A stretch of DNA of 64,000 bases from Candidatus Neptunichlamydia sp. Lineage in GTDB: Bacteria; Chlamydiota; Chlamydiia; Chlamydiales; Simkaniaceae. The translations under genes were made by a program, and so were the position numbers. The stretch spans positions 608,001 to 672,000 of the forward strand of contig OZ247587.1 in NCBI GenBank assembly GCA_965233865.1. The letters run 5' to 3'. A model generated the notes under the pieces. The model searched no databases. It had not been told where the DNA came from and saw only the letters and a list, made by a program, of their open reading frames with translations. Shown here one piece after another: positions 42,100 to 53,280 of the stretch. Within the stretch, counting starts at the first letter, position 1. The number at the start of each line of letters is the position of its first letter.

Positions 42100-42313
42100 T
42101 TTTTCTTATCATTTCAATCCTGGAATCTCATAAGAGTATCTGCGGCCAAGAAAAGAAAGAGTAAGGTCTATAGAAAAGCTTGAAATGGGTGAAGACATCA
42201 AACTTGCTGGAATCAATGTTCCCTACGATCTTCAAAAAGAGCCTGATGTTATTTGCAACACTGAAAAAATGACAGCAGAACTCTGTGCTCAAAAAATTTT
42301 GAAGCAAATATAA
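42100..42313 (+). pseudogene. Adenylyl-sulfate kinase (CysC-like) 3' remnant
   Basis: KVYRKA*...KLAGINVPYDLQKEPDVICNTEKMTAELCAQKIL resembles the APS-kinase C-terminus; upstream sequence is degraded. Confidence 0.45.
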
Positions 42314-42336
42314 TGTGTTTTAAGTATAATGGGGGA

Positions 42337-45219
42337 ATGAAAAATGCAACATCAAAGACAATTGGCGATCGATACCGCGATTATGTTTACACCAAAATTT
42401 TTCCTCTAGAAGAACTTCAAATGGTTCTCTATGAGCTAACACATGAACCTACCGGTGCAAGGGTGGTTCATTTAGAGGCTGATGATCCTGAAAATCTTTT
42501 TTGTTTATCCTTTCAAACGCTTCCGAATGACTCGACTGGCGTCGCTCATATTTTAGAACACACGGTGCTATGTGGTTCCAAGAAATTCCCTGTGAAGGAT
42601 CCTTTTTTCTCCATGGCCCGTCGTAGCTTAAACACCTTTATGAATGCGATGACAGGAGCCGATTTTACCTGTTATCCCGCCGCTTCTCAGGTAGAAAAAG
42701 ACTTCTACAATCTTCTTGAAGTTTACCTTGATGCTGTCTTTTATCCCGAACTCAAAGAAATGAGTTTTTTGCAAGAAGGACACAGACTTGAACTGGATAC
42801 AGACCTCACACACAAGGGCGTGGTCTATAATGAGATGAAAGGAAGCCTCTCCAATCCTGAAACAAGACTTTGGCACGAACTAACAAAGTATTTAACCCCT
42901 GATTTAACCTATTCGTTTAACTCAGGGGGAGAACCGGAAGAGATTCCTAATTTAACTTGGGAACAGCTCAAAGCATTCCATGCGACTCACTATCACCCTA
43001 GCCGCTGCGTCTTCTTCTTTTATGGAAATCTCTCCCTTGAAAACCATTTAGACTTTGTTGCAAAAAATGCTCTTAAAGACGTGAAAGAACTTCCCCCTCT
43101 TGAAAAGATACCCAAACAAAAACGGTTCAAAAAACCGCAAACGCGTGAAGGGAAATATCCTGGAGAAAATGGCCAACAGTTCGTATCATTTTCTTGGCTC
43201 ACCTGCTCAATAGACAATCAAGAAGACGCACTTGCACTTGCGCTCATCGACTCGATTTTGATGGAAACCGATGCCTCTCCCCTAAAGCATGCACTTCTAA
43301 AATCAAAGCTCTGCACCCAAGCCGATGGGTACCTTGATACCGACATGAGTGAAATCCCCTACGTTATTATTTGTCGTGGTTGCGGCGCTGGCAGTGCTGA
43401 GAAGCTCAAGCAAGTCGTTTTAGATACTCTAGAGAATCTAAAGATCAAATCAACGCAAATTGAAGCGGCAATTCATCAATTAGAGTTTTCTCGATTAGAA
43501 ATTACAGGAGACTACGGTCCCTTCGGGCTAACTCTCTTTATGCGCTCCATTCTTGCCATGCAACATGGATGCCCCGCTGAAAATGCCTTAACGGTTTACA
43601 GCCAATTTAAAAAACTGAGCCTTCTCGTCAAAGATCCAAATTTTCTTCCGAAAATCATCCGGAAATATTTCCTCGACAACCCCCACTTTTTGACCCACAT
43701 TTTTTCTCCCGATAACACCCTAGAAAAGAGAGAACAAGAGGAAGAAAAAAAACGCCTCAAAACGATCGAACAAACGCTCACAAAAAAAGACCACGATGCA
43801 ATTAAAAAACAGACCAAAGCTTTAGAGAAATATCAAGAAAAAATAGAATCCCAATCCCTTGATTGTCTCCCTAAAATTAGCATGGAAGACGTCCCTAAGG
43901 AAGTCACAGATTTTTATCTCGAACATGAGAAAATTGAACAGCTTACTATCTTTCACCACGAGTGTTTTACCAATCATATCGTTTATGCACGAATGCTTTT
44001 TGACCTTCCGCAGATAGCGTATGAAGACCTTCCATACCTTCAGCTATTGATTTCCATTCTCCCAGAACTTGGATCAGGAGGAAGAGATTACCGCGCTAAC
44101 CTTGACTATATCAACTTGTACCTAGGAGACTTTGGAACATCCTTAAGCCTTTATCCACAGATCGATAATCCAAATCATCTAAGACCCGCTTTTGGATTCA
44201 AGGGAAAGGTCCTTAATCGAAATCTTTCAAAACTATTTTCACTCTTTTCAGATGTTTGTATGACTCCCGATTTGAAAGATAAAGGCCGGATCAAAGAATT
44301 GATCCTCCAAATTCACACCTCCCTTGAGAACCGTCTCACTAAAAGTGCCATGACTTATGCCATTCAACGCTCAAATAGAATATTCTCTTTGACACCCTTT
44401 ATTAGCGACGCACTAAATGGCCTTTCATATTTTCAGTTCGTTAGAAAAATTGCTAAGGACATCGATAAGCACCTCCCCTATCTCATTGAAAGATTTTTGC
44501 AACTAAGAGGAAGTTTATTTCATTTTACGTCGCCTCACCTAATTCTTAGCTGCGATAAGGATCAGTACAAAATGCTATCCAAAGAAAAGTTTTTCGATCT
44601 CTCGAGCCTCCCCTCAAAACCCTTTATACCTTGGGAAGGTTATTCACTCCCCAGCTCAGGAACATCAGAAGCCCGCACCATCTCATCACCCGTTGCATTT
44701 TCTTCTCTAGGAATGAAAACAGTCACCCACTCACCAGTTCTATCGGTATCCACCGACATTATGGAGAATACCTTTCTCCATAAAAAACTAAGGGAGCAGG
44801 GAGGGGCCTACGGCGGCGGTGCGAATTATAATCCCCTAACAGGAAGCTACTACCTCTATTCCTATAGAGACCCTCACATCTCCTCAACATTTGAGACCTT
44901 TCTCGAAGGAATTACTCAAATCGCCAAGGGAAAATTCACTGAGCGAGATCTCACCGAAGCAAAGCTTGGAATTCTCCAGGATGCTGACTCTCCCATTTCT
45001 CCAGGTAGCCGAGCAAGTGTTGCCTATTCTTACTTCCGCGAAGGCCAAACCAAGCAATCTCGAGAAGAGTTCCGTGATCACCTTTTAAGTGTCACTAAAG
45101 AAGAGGTGAAAAAAACTGTTAAAGAGAAGCTTGATCCCTCGAGTGGAATCAAGGCCACATTTGCTGGTGATACGCTCTTAAAAAATGAAAATCCGGGCCT
45201 AAAAATCGAACCTATTTAA
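42337..45219 (+). CDS. M16C presequence-protease-like (insulinase) zinc metalloprotease
   Basis: HILEH inverted zinc motif, FMNAMT, VVYNEMKG, REQGGAYGG, SYRDP. Confidence 0.95.
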   Translation: MKNATSKTIGDRYRDYVYTKIFPLEELQMVLYELTHEPTGARVVHLEADDPENLFCLSFQTLPNDSTGVAHILEHTVLCGSKKFPVKDPFFSMARRSLNTFMNAMTGADFTCYPAASQVEKDFYNLLEVYLDAVFYPELKEMSFLQEGHRLELDTDLTHKGVVYNEMKGSLSNPETRLWHELTKYLTPDLTYSFNSGGEPEEIPNLTWEQLKAFHATHYHPSRCVFFFYGNLSLENHLDFVAKNALKDVKELPPLEKIPKQKRFKKPQTREGKYPGENGQQFVSFSWLTCSIDNQEDALALALIDSILMETDASPLKHALLKSKLCTQADGYLDTDMSEIPYVIICRGCGAGSAEKLKQVVLDTLENLKIKSTQIEAAIHQLEFSRLEITGDYGPFGLTLFMRSILAMQHGCPAENALTVYSQFKKLSLLVKDPNFLPKIIRKYFLDNPHFLTHIFSPDNTLEKREQEEEKKRLKTIEQTLTKKDHDAIKKQTKALEKYQEKIESQSLDCLPKISMEDVPKEVTDFYLEHEKIEQLTIFHHECFTNHIVYARMLFDLPQIAYEDLPYLQLLISILPELGSGGRDYRANLDYINLYLGDFGTSLSLYPQIDNPNHLRPAFGFKGKVLNRNLSKLFSLFSDVCMTPDLKDKGRIKELILQIHTSLENRLTKSAMTYAIQRSNRIFSLTPFISDALNGLSYFQFVRKIAKDIDKHLPYLIERFLQLRGSLFHFTSPHLILSCDKDQYKMLSKEKFFDLSSLPSKPFIPWEGYSLPSSGTSEARTISSPVAFSSLGMKTVTHSPVLSVSTDIMENTFLHKKLREQGGAYGGGANYNPLTGSYYLYSYRDPHISSTFETFLEGITQIAKGKFTERDLTEAKLGILQDADSPISPGSRASVAYSYFREGQTKQSREEFRDHLLSVTKEEVKKTVKEKLDPSSGIKATFAGDTLLKNENPGLKIEPI

Positions 45220-45477
45220 CGTGAGTTTGATTTTAAAATACCACATAGTCAGAAACTTAAGTGGTAATTAAAGATTGTATCAATGAGAGCACGTTTATAA
45301 GGCATGGTTTTGTCATAAATATTTATTAGGAGGAATAACATGAGGATAGTTAATAACCCCTCTTGAAGCTTTTTGTGCCATTGATTGTCATGTCTAAATG
45401 ACAGCCACTTTGACTTTAAAAAATGCGTGTAGTAAACTCCTTGACGATACTTACATTAATAGAAAGGTAGGTCATTT

Positions 45478-48400
45478 GTGCTAAATGTACAGCCCTCGAC
45501 ACATTTTAAAACGCCGCAAAACCTCCAAGCCCCCTCTAGTGACCACTCATGTGGTTATAGCTCTTTAGAAAGCTCCTCATCCACTTCTCCGCTTTCAAGA
45601 CCATTACCTTTAAGGCTCCCAAAAGCAAAATACCAAAAACTGTTTGCTGGTAGATCACATGAACCTCAAAAAAGACTAACTGCCAACAATAAACACATCC
45701 GAATCCTACAAACACAAATCAACAAAAAAATCCAAGGTAGCTATTTTTTCACTCCAGGGAAGCAAGAAGACGATCACTTCCAGAAAGTCTTCATAGATTT
45801 TTTCCGTGGCCTGCGTGGTGGAGAAACCTTGGTAAATTCTGCAGGAGAATCTTTAGCCAGGGGATTTGTTACTTATGATGATGTCTGCAATATCTATACA
45901 ACCGAACCAATAAAGGATGATGACAATGGATCATGGGATTTTTCAACCATCTATTCTCCGACTGACCAACTGATTGAAGAACTCAGCCAAATTCTTGAAG
46001 AAGAATACGGCCTCAAAGGACAGTTTCTTAAATCTTTGAGTAAATCCGGACAAAAAATTGGCAATGCGTTTCAACTCGAGACTCGCGACACCTGCCTTCG
46101 AGAGTTCCCTATCTTTCCCAGGGTATTCCCCCGTTGCATAGATACCTTGAAGGGGATATTTAGCAGCCTTTTGATAGAAGAATGGCTAAAGCAAGACATC
46201 GAAGAAATAAAAATCTATCTCAACGAAATTGACTACATAGATCGACGTGTACCTGGTTGTGAAGAGCTAAACAATGCAATCACTTTATGGACAACAGCAA
46301 AGCACTACGCTCAACAGCAACAGCAAAGAGACATCGCTCTTAAAACAAAACACAAAAATGAGCTAAAAGATGACCTATGTGGTACTGCAATCTCTGGGGG
46401 ATTATCTTTTGTAACGGGCAATCCAAGCTTCGTTATTGGGAAAGCCGCTCAAACAATAATGAACTCTCTTGGCAATAAGATCGACCCTGAAGGAAGAGAC
46501 AAGAGAATACAAGTTCTCAAAATATTTGGGGGTGTTGGACTTGGAAGCACTCTTGGGGGCAACACTTGGGACCTTGGAACAGCTTTAGGAGTAGATTTAC
46601 TCGACCTTGTGACTAAGTCAGAAAAAACAGAAAAATCTGAAAGCGCTCTTAGAAACTTAAGCGGATCTGTACTCAAAGGCGTATTAACCAAAGATAAAAA
46701 GAAGCTCATCTGCCAAATACTCAGTTGTAGCGTAGCTGAAGCAGTGAATCAGCTTCCAGAGACTGATGAAAAAACATCGCTAGAGATGCGCATTGCACGG
46801 GCACTTTTAACAAATAGCGACATGCAATCTCACTACATCAATCAGTACGTAGACAAAAAGTTCAAAAAAGCTCCCAAGCAAACCTTAAGTGACGAAACTG
46901 CGGCAAAAGACCCTAATATTAGCAAGCCATCACAAGAAATAGAGATGCACGACCAGGCCCTTTACTTAAGACTAGTGGAAGAACAAAAGCAAAACAATCT
47001 CGCATTAAAGAAAGTTACTGAGAAACTAAATAACCCCCATTACTCAGAGTTTGGAAGCGCCGCAAATACACTGATAGAGAAAGAAGCTGGTGTTAAAGAA
47101 GCTCAGAAAAAATACGATAAAAAGCTCGCTATAGAGCGCAAAGTATTTGGACCAAGGAAAGAAATAAAAGCAGAGAAAAAAACAAAAAGCGCCAATAAGA
47201 ATCTTAAAAAAGCCAGTGGAGAAAAAGCTGTTGTTGACCAATTCATAAGCAACACAAGTAATGAAATCTCTAAACTACAAAAGAAGATATCAAGCAATAT
47301 TCAAGCACAAGCTGAGGCTAGCGCTCCCAAACACATAATCCCTCCAACGCCAGAGCTAAAAGCTCCTTTTGCTAAATCATCAAAAAAGACCAAGAACCAT
47401 CATGTGGCCTATTTCGATATGCAAGGGCAAAAACAGAGTCTTGGAAAATACAAAACAGCAGGAGATGCGAACCTTATCTCTGGAGCTTGGTCTCATTTTG
47501 AAGTCATTTCAAAAAACCTAGAGATGCGCTGTTATGCAGCCCAAGAGCAGCTTGTCTCTCAAGGAACACACGTAGATAACATTCCAGAAAGGCCAAAGCT
47601 AGAAAAGCCGCAATTCTCTGGAAATGACGCTTCTAAAAACCACCAAAAGATCCAAAAAACTCGCATACAAAATCAGAAAAAAGTAGAACAATACCTCACA
47701 CAGCTTGGAGATCTCTCTATAACGCCACTAGAAAAAACTGGCTTGACCAAAGGAGACATAAATCGTATAGCACGCGATATGACTCCAACAGCAAAGGATC
47801 CTAAAGAGCATGGCGTCTTCTATAAAGCATGGAGACTTCCAAAAAAAGGACTCGATAAAACAACAAACTTCTTAAAAAAGATAGGATTTACTGGAGAAAT
47901 AACAGTAGCCAATATGGACCTCTATAAAATGAAAGCTCTTAACCTTAGTGATCGCTATCTTCCAAAAGAAGCTCCAGTAAAAGCAATACCAATACCTAAA
48001 TACGGATGGGAACAACTTCAAGATCATCACCAGCAAGTCATAGCAAAGATTCTTGAAAAAAAGACAGTAGCACAAAAAGCACCCTCTAGAGCGCTAAATT
48101 ATGGTAAAGTATTTGGAAATGGTGTTGCTAATGGAGTACAGCTGCCTCCGACAGACCTCAATCATCTTGGTCGAAACAACGAACTTCCACGAGTAATTAT
48201 TCCTCAAAGGCAAATGCAAGTAGCAAGATTTTCTGGTTCTATGGAATTTGCCTTGATCGATGCAGAACGACAGTCAAAATTTGTAATGAGAGCCGCAAAT
48301 TCCGTAAAAAATGTTGCCGTTAATGACTTCACAAAAAGCGTTCCAAAAGGTAGTACTAAAGTTCTACGAGGCATCTGCACTTTAATGCTTCCAGATATGT

Positions 48401-49428
48401 CTGATATCCCAGGAGCAGAATGTCCAAAAAAGCACCTTAGAAAATTCTCCAACAATGCTCTATTCAAGTATGACAAGCTTGTACATATCAAGGATCCTCA
48501 TTCTTTCGTTGCAAAAGCTGGAGAGTTCGTTGGTGAGGTAATCTCTCTTGGAGGCATTGGCAGAGTGGCCAGAGTCGCAGAAGGCATCAGCATCCTCGGA
48601 ATGGCCAGTGAAGGCGGCGTAGTAGGCCTTGTTATGGCAGAAGTTCATGGAACAAATAAAATCTCTGGGGTAGCGTTTGGTTTTGGTGGAGGAGCCGTCG
48701 CAGGGTCAATACCTATAGCGTTTAGAGCGCTGAAGCCTATGAGAGCCACTAGCCCACTGCAGGATAGGGCCCTGAATCTTTCTATATCAAGAAATGAAGC
48801 AGGCATGCAGCTACTAGAAAACCGCGCTCTGCGATGTGGATTTGTAAGTGATAAAACTGTTGAGAATCTTGCTGGTAGAGAAATCGCCTATATAAAACCC
48901 TTCGAGATGTTATACGTTAAAAAAGGTCCAAAGCTTGAGTGGTGGAAGGCTGCAAGCCCAAAGATTGATCATCTTAAGCGAATAGCTAAAACACCAAAAA
49001 AATTTTATGGTTCCCTGACAAGAGAGTTTGGATCCCAAAATTTATCAGAACTTCAGATTCGCAGGGTCTTGGACTATTCTGGATTTAAGTCTTTTGAGAA
49101 TCCAAAGTATTTTCCTGCTCAATATGTAGCAGAGTTTGCAAAGAAAAATGCAGGTATTGTTTTTAGAAAACCTGGGACCATATACAAAGAAAACATCCTC
49201 ATCAGAATCTGCTCAGGTCTGCGTAACGAGAATCCAGTGACTGCAATTATTGAGGGTAAACAGATGAATGGTACGATGAGGCAACAAACGCATTATGTGG
49301 TTCAAACAAAGGGAAATTTAAAACGTACAATTGATGATAGATGGGTTAGAGCAGATGCTCTTAACAAGGAAAATCAAGCACTAACACATATTCCATTGAG
49401 CGAATATCAATTTAAGGGGTGGGAATAA
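45478..49428 (+). CDS. Large polymorphic-toxin-like protein with putative C-terminal RNase domain
   Basis: Ser/Pro-rich N-terminus, coiled coils, Gly-rich hydrophobic pre-toxin segment. C-terminus NAGIVFRKPG...IRI...YVVQ...THIPLSEY. TAATG-coupled to an immunity-like gene. Confidence 0.7.
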   Translation: MLNVQPSTHFKTPQNLQAPSSDHSCGYSSLESSSSTSPLSRPLPLRLPKAKYQKLFAGRSHEPQKRLTANNKHIRILQTQINKKIQGSYFFTPGKQEDDHFQKVFIDFFRGLRGGETLVNSAGESLARGFVTYDDVCNIYTTEPIKDDDNGSWDFSTIYSPTDQLIEELSQILEEEYGLKGQFLKSLSKSGQKIGNAFQLETRDTCLREFPIFPRVFPRCIDTLKGIFSSLLIEEWLKQDIEEIKIYLNEIDYIDRRVPGCEELNNAITLWTTAKHYAQQQQQRDIALKTKHKNELKDDLCGTAISGGLSFVTGNPSFVIGKAAQTIMNSLGNKIDPEGRDKRIQVLKIFGGVGLGSTLGGNTWDLGTALGVDLLDLVTKSEKTEKSESALRNLSGSVLKGVLTKDKKKLICQILSCSVAEAVNQLPETDEKTSLEMRIARALLTNSDMQSHYINQYVDKKFKKAPKQTLSDETAAKDPNISKPSQEIEMHDQALYLRLVEEQKQNNLALKKVTEKLNNPHYSEFGSAANTLIEKEAGVKEAQKKYDKKLAIERKVFGPRKEIKAEKKTKSANKNLKKASGEKAVVDQFISNTSNEISKLQKKISSNIQAQAEASAPKHIIPPTPELKAPFAKSSKKTKNHHVAYFDMQGQKQSLGKYKTAGDANLISGAWSHFEVISKNLEMRCYAAQEQLVSQGTHVDNIPERPKLEKPQFSGNDASKNHQKIQKTRIQNQKKVEQYLTQLGDLSITPLEKTGLTKGDINRIARDMTPTAKDPKEHGVFYKAWRLPKKGLDKTTNFLKKIGFTGEITVANMDLYKMKALNLSDRYLPKEAPVKAIPIPKYGWEQLQDHHQQVIAKILEKKTVAQKAPSRALNYGKVFGNGVANGVQLPPTDLNHLGRNNELPRVIIPQRQMQVARFSGSMEFALIDAERQSKFVMRAANSVKNVAVNDFTKSVPKGSTKVLRGICTLMLPDMSDIPGAECPKKHLRKFSNNALFKYDKLVHIKDPHSFVAKAGEFVGEVISLGGIGRVARVAEGISILGMASEGGVVGLVMAEVHGTNKISGVAFGFGGGAVAGSIPIAFRALKPMRATSPLQDRALNLSISRNEAGMQLLENRALRCGFVSDKTVENLAGREIAYIKPFEMLYVKKGPKLEWWKAASPKIDHLKRIAKTPKKFYGSLTREFGSQNLSELQIRRVLDYSGFKSFENPKYFPAQYVAEFAKKNAGIVFRKPGTIYKENILIRICSGLRNENPVTAIIEGKQMNGTMRQQTHYVVQTKGNLKRTIDDRWVRADALNKENQALTHIPLSEYQFKGWE

Positions 49429-50459
49429 TGATACCTGAGCCTGATAAGTTGGAAGAAGAAGAGAAAAAGGAACTTAGGGAATTTTACCCTTTATTCATAG
49501 CTGAAAAAATTATTGAATTAACTCCAGAGATTAATGAACAACCACGCACAAAGATTACAGATTTCTACCCTCTATGCACAGCAATCTGGAAAATTTCCAA
49601 CGCAGAATACCAAGAGCGCTTCTGGGTAAGGCAAGAGCCTCCTATGTTGCATGCAGATAACTATATGGAAACGCTTGAAACTTTTCTATCTAATGGAGAG
49701 GCTGTTCTTTTGGCTAATGATGCTGAAAGAATTTCTATGACACCCAAGCAACGCGAGATGCTGCAGAAGCTATATGATATAGTCGATGATTTTGATGGGG
49801 ATGGTGATACACCAGACGATTCTGGATACGGCTTTAACGATTCTGCAATCATTGCTGACTATAGGTGGCATAAGATCCAAGCCTACGCCAAGCTCGTTTA
49901 TGAAGAGATCACCGGAGAAGACCTCGATGAATGGGAAAGATCGCGTCCTCCAAGAGCAAAGCGCCCTGAGATAAAGCAAAGAGACGCAACAACAGAAGAG
50001 ATTCGTGCAGAAGAGAAAAAAATCTACCCAACCTTCCTAATTGAACAATTTAAAAGCCGTCAGACTATTCCTGAGACGAGTCTTTATCATTACCTGATCA
50101 ACATGTATTTAGAAATTTGGACAGTATCTAACCAGGGATACCAAGAGCGTTTTTGGGTTAGGAAAGAGTTTCCTCTATACGATGAAGAAAATTGCATGAA
50201 AACGTGTTCTAGGTATCTATGTGATGTGGTGACAGTGATACGTGGTGCTGAAGATAACAAGCTTGATGTGACAATGAAGCAATGCTCTATGCTCAAGAAG
50301 CTCTCTGAAATGATCAAAAATTTCAAAAAAGATCCTAATAGGCCAGATGATCCAGGGTATGGTATTAATGATAGTGAAATTATTGCCTGTGAAAAGTGGC
50401 AAGAAATAAGAGACTATGCCAAGTGTGTCTATGAAGAGCTAACAGGAGAAAAGTCTTAG
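49428..50459 (+). CDS. Putative immunity protein with internally duplicated domain
   Basis: Two copies of W.(I/V)SN..YQERFWVR...Q..ML.KL...PDD.GYG.NDS.IIA...W..I..YAK.VYEE.TGE. Confidence 0.72.
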   Translation: MIPEPDKLEEEEKKELREFYPLFIAEKIIELTPEINEQPRTKITDFYPLCTAIWKISNAEYQERFWVRQEPPMLHADNYMETLETFLSNGEAVLLANDAERISMTPKQREMLQKLYDIVDDFDGDGDTPDDSGYGFNDSAIIADYRWHKIQAYAKLVYEEITGEDLDEWERSRPPRAKRPEIKQRDATTEEIRAEEKKIYPTFLIEQFKSRQTIPETSLYHYLINMYLEIWTVSNQGYQERFWVRKEFPLYDEENCMKTCSRYLCDVVTVIRGAEDNKLDVTMKQCSMLKKLSEMIKNFKKDPNRPDDPGYGINDSEIIACEKWQEIRDYAKCVYEELTGEKS

Positions 50460-50513
50460 CTTCGGAGATCTCCAAGACGAGTACAAAGACTCTGTTTTAT
50501 CTCGGGTATGTTA

Positions 50514-51338
50514 GGTTGTGTTGAGAAATTTCCATAAATGGTGCAAGCTGACTTCCTGAAGAAGGAGATCTATATGCTATACCCGCATAAAATAAATGAC
50601 CACGCCTGGTCGAAACTTTACGAATATCTGAGTAATTACCCCAAAATACATACAAATAACAAAGAGAAAACTCGTTGCTTTGTAGAGGCTGTATTTTGGA
50701 TTGCCAAGAGTGGAGCACAATGGCGTTTGCTACCAAAGGAATATGGAGACTAGAATGCCGTCTATCATCGTTTTGCAGACTGGGCTGAACATGGTGTGTG
50801 GTACAAGATGCTCTACTATTTTTCAAATGATCCAGACATGGAATATATTATGATCGACAGTACAGTCCTCCGCGCTCATGCCTGTGCCGCAGGAGCCAAT
50901 AAAAAAAAACCGGAGGTCAAGACGAGCAGGCCTTAGGTCGGTCCTGCGGAGGTTTTACGACTAAAATCCATAGTATCTGTGATGCATTAGGTAATCCACT
51001 TGATTTTATTTTAACAGGTGGTCAAGCAGCTGATTGTCATCAAGCTATTCCTTTGCTCAAAGGTAGGGATTACAAAGGCTACGACAGCAATGCAATCATT
51101 GATCATGTAAAGAGCATCGGAGCTGTTGCCATCATTCCCTCAAAGAAAAATCGCATTGATCATCGAGAGCATGATAAAGACATATATAAAGAACGACACA
51201 AAATCGAATGTTTATTTGGCTTCCTCAAACATTATAGACGATTGTTTTCTCGGTTCGAGAAGTTAGCATCAAGGTTCAAGGCATTCCTTCATTTTATCGC
51301 GGCTCTCCAATGGTTAAAGTAAATTTCTCAACACAACC
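50514..51338 (+). mobile_element. IS5-family element, inactivated copy
   Basis: IRs GGTTGTGTTGAGAAATTT with TA flanks. Relative to 62471-63313 it has TGG>TAG at 50751 and an 18-bp deletion in the LLADKG region. Confidence 0.93.
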
Positions 51339-51340
51339 TA

Positions 51341-51592
51341 TTCCTCCTAATAAATATTTATGACAAAATCATGCTTTGTAAGCGTACTATCATTCAGACA
51401 ATCTTTGATCAGCTCAAAAATATTTCTCAATATTAAACACTCTAGACACCTCTCTCCAACCAATTTTTTAGCCAATTTAATTGCTGGGTTAACGGCCTAC
51501 TTTTTACAAGTAAAAAAAAATGTCGATTAACGTCGAAAAATTACCACTTAAGTTTCTGACTATATGATATTTTAAAATTGAATTTACGTTAT
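51341..51592 (+). mobile_element. IS982-like transposase 3' remnant
   Basis: DKIMLCKRTIIQTIFDQLKNISQ...HSRH...NFLANLIAGLTAY with frameshifts. Confidence 0.6.
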
Positions 51593-51716
51593 TATAGGAC
51601 CCGTTTAAGAATAAATTGTCTATTTGACTTAAGCGAGCCGCAGAAAAATGAGTCCTTAGGGTTTTCTAAAAAATACTCTTTGAGTTAAGCTCAGAAATTA
51701 ATTTAGGAGTTTAAGA

Positions 51717-53162
51717 ATGCGTCATTTTTTATCTGGAATTGTTTTAATTATCTGCTTACTTTCTACACAAATTGAAGGGAAAGAAACGGGAGCAAGTGAC
51801 TCCATAGCTTACGGTAAGCGGTATCCAAGTTATAAAAATACCCCAGGAAAAACTTTTTCGCAGCCGTTCATTGAAGTTGCCAAAGGATGTATTCCTTCTG
51901 TGGTCTTTATCAGAGCAGAAGGAGGAATGAACAATGAATCTAACCAAATGTTCAATGATGACTTCTTTAATCACTTTTTTGGTGGACCTCCAAAACGTTC
52001 CCAACAACCTCAAGTAAGCCAAGGTTCAGGGTTTATTATTTCGAAAGAAGGCCATATTATGACCAACCTTCATGTCGTGAGAGGGGCAAAAAAGCTAACT
52101 GTATCACTTCAAGATGGTACAAACCGTCAAGTATCGGCAACTTACATCGGTGGAGATAGCCATACCGATATTGCAGTGATTAAACTTGATGATACATATG
52201 GAAATAATTATCCCTCTTTGGAATTAGGAGACTCTGATGATTTAGAAGTTGGTGAATGGGTTGTTGCAATTGGAAACCCTTTCTCTTTAGAAGCAAGTGT
52301 TTCTGCTGGAATTATCAGCGCAAAAGGACGTCAAGGACTCCAAATTACGGACTACGAAGATTTCATTCAGACAGATGCAGCCATTAACCCAGGGAATTCC
52401 GGTGGGCCTCTAATTGACCTCGATAAAAAAGTTGTGGGCATGAACACTGCGATTGTTTCCCAATCAGGAGGCTACATGGGAATTGGTTTTGCCATTCCGA
52501 GCAATATTTTGGTGAATATCAAAGAGCAGCTAGTTGAAAATGGTGTAGTCACTCGGGGGTTCCTAGGAGTGTCACTGCAACCTATCGATAGCGACCTTGC
52601 TGAAGCGTTTAGAACAAGTACTACTCAAGGAGCACTTGTTGTCGATATCGTTGAAGGATCTCCTGCCGAAGAAGCAGGGCTCCAACAAGGTGACATTATC
52701 ACAAAGATGAACGAAATGCCTGTGAAAGGACCTGGACAGTTGCGCAATGATGTTGTACTTCTTCCTCCAGGCACTAAGGTGAATCTTACAATCAATCGCA
52801 ATGGTAAAACAATGAATCTACCGGTTACTTTGGGAACCTTCGGGGCAAATACCTTAGTGTCTAGCACAACCGCTTCCCAGTACCTTGGATTCTCTGTTGA
52901 CAACCTCACGAATCATAACATTCAACAGTACAAATTCAATCAAGAGGACAAAGGAGTCGTTGTTGTTACGGTTGAACCAAATACACCTGCCGATCAAGCA
53001 GGGATCAAACCAGGATTCCTCGTGATGGCCGTAAATCATCAAAAGGTCGCCACTGTCACTGAGTTTAATGAATCTCTCCAGAATGTGAAGCCAGGAGAAC
53101 GAATTCTTCTTCTGATGCGCCAAGGGCAAGTCATGAAGTTCTACACTCTTAAGGCTCAATAG
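51717..53162 (+). CDS. htrA: HtrA/DegP serine protease with two PDZ domains
   Basis: GSGFII, TNLHVV, DIAVIK, IQTDAAINPGNSGGPL. Confidence 0.96.
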   Translation: MRHFLSGIVLIICLLSTQIEGKETGASDSIAYGKRYPSYKNTPGKTFSQPFIEVAKGCIPSVVFIRAEGGMNNESNQMFNDDFFNHFFGGPPKRSQQPQVSQGSGFIISKEGHIMTNLHVVRGAKKLTVSLQDGTNRQVSATYIGGDSHTDIAVIKLDDTYGNNYPSLELGDSDDLEVGEWVVAIGNPFSLEASVSAGIISAKGRQGLQITDYEDFIQTDAAINPGNSGGPLIDLDKKVVGMNTAIVSQSGGYMGIGFAIPSNILVNIKEQLVENGVVTRGFLGVSLQPIDSDLAEAFRTSTTQGALVVDIVEGSPAEEAGLQQGDIITKMNEMPVKGPGQLRNDVVLLPPGTKVNLTINRNGKTMNLPVTLGTFGANTLVSSTTASQYLGFSVDNLTNHNIQQYKFNQEDKGVVVVTVEPNTPADQAGIKPGFLVMAVNHQKVATVTEFNESLQNVKPGERILLLMRQGQVMKFYTLKAQ

Positions 53163-53280
53163 GGATTTTCATGAGAAAAATGGTGAGATCTTGTAGACTT
53201 TTTAAAGAGTCTTCTTCTATTTTTTTACGGCCACCGGATTCCATTTCATAGAGGCGGTTTAATCTATCCTGCATTGACAT
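53149..53280 (-). pseudogene. Truncated partner gene of U-box cassette 4
   Basis: ATG overlaps the end of the U-box gene. MSMQDRLNRLYEMESGGRKKIEEDSLK resembles SSLGRLYEQGKIDEVTLK of 60073-61083, then runs into the htrA 3' end. Confidence 0.5.
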
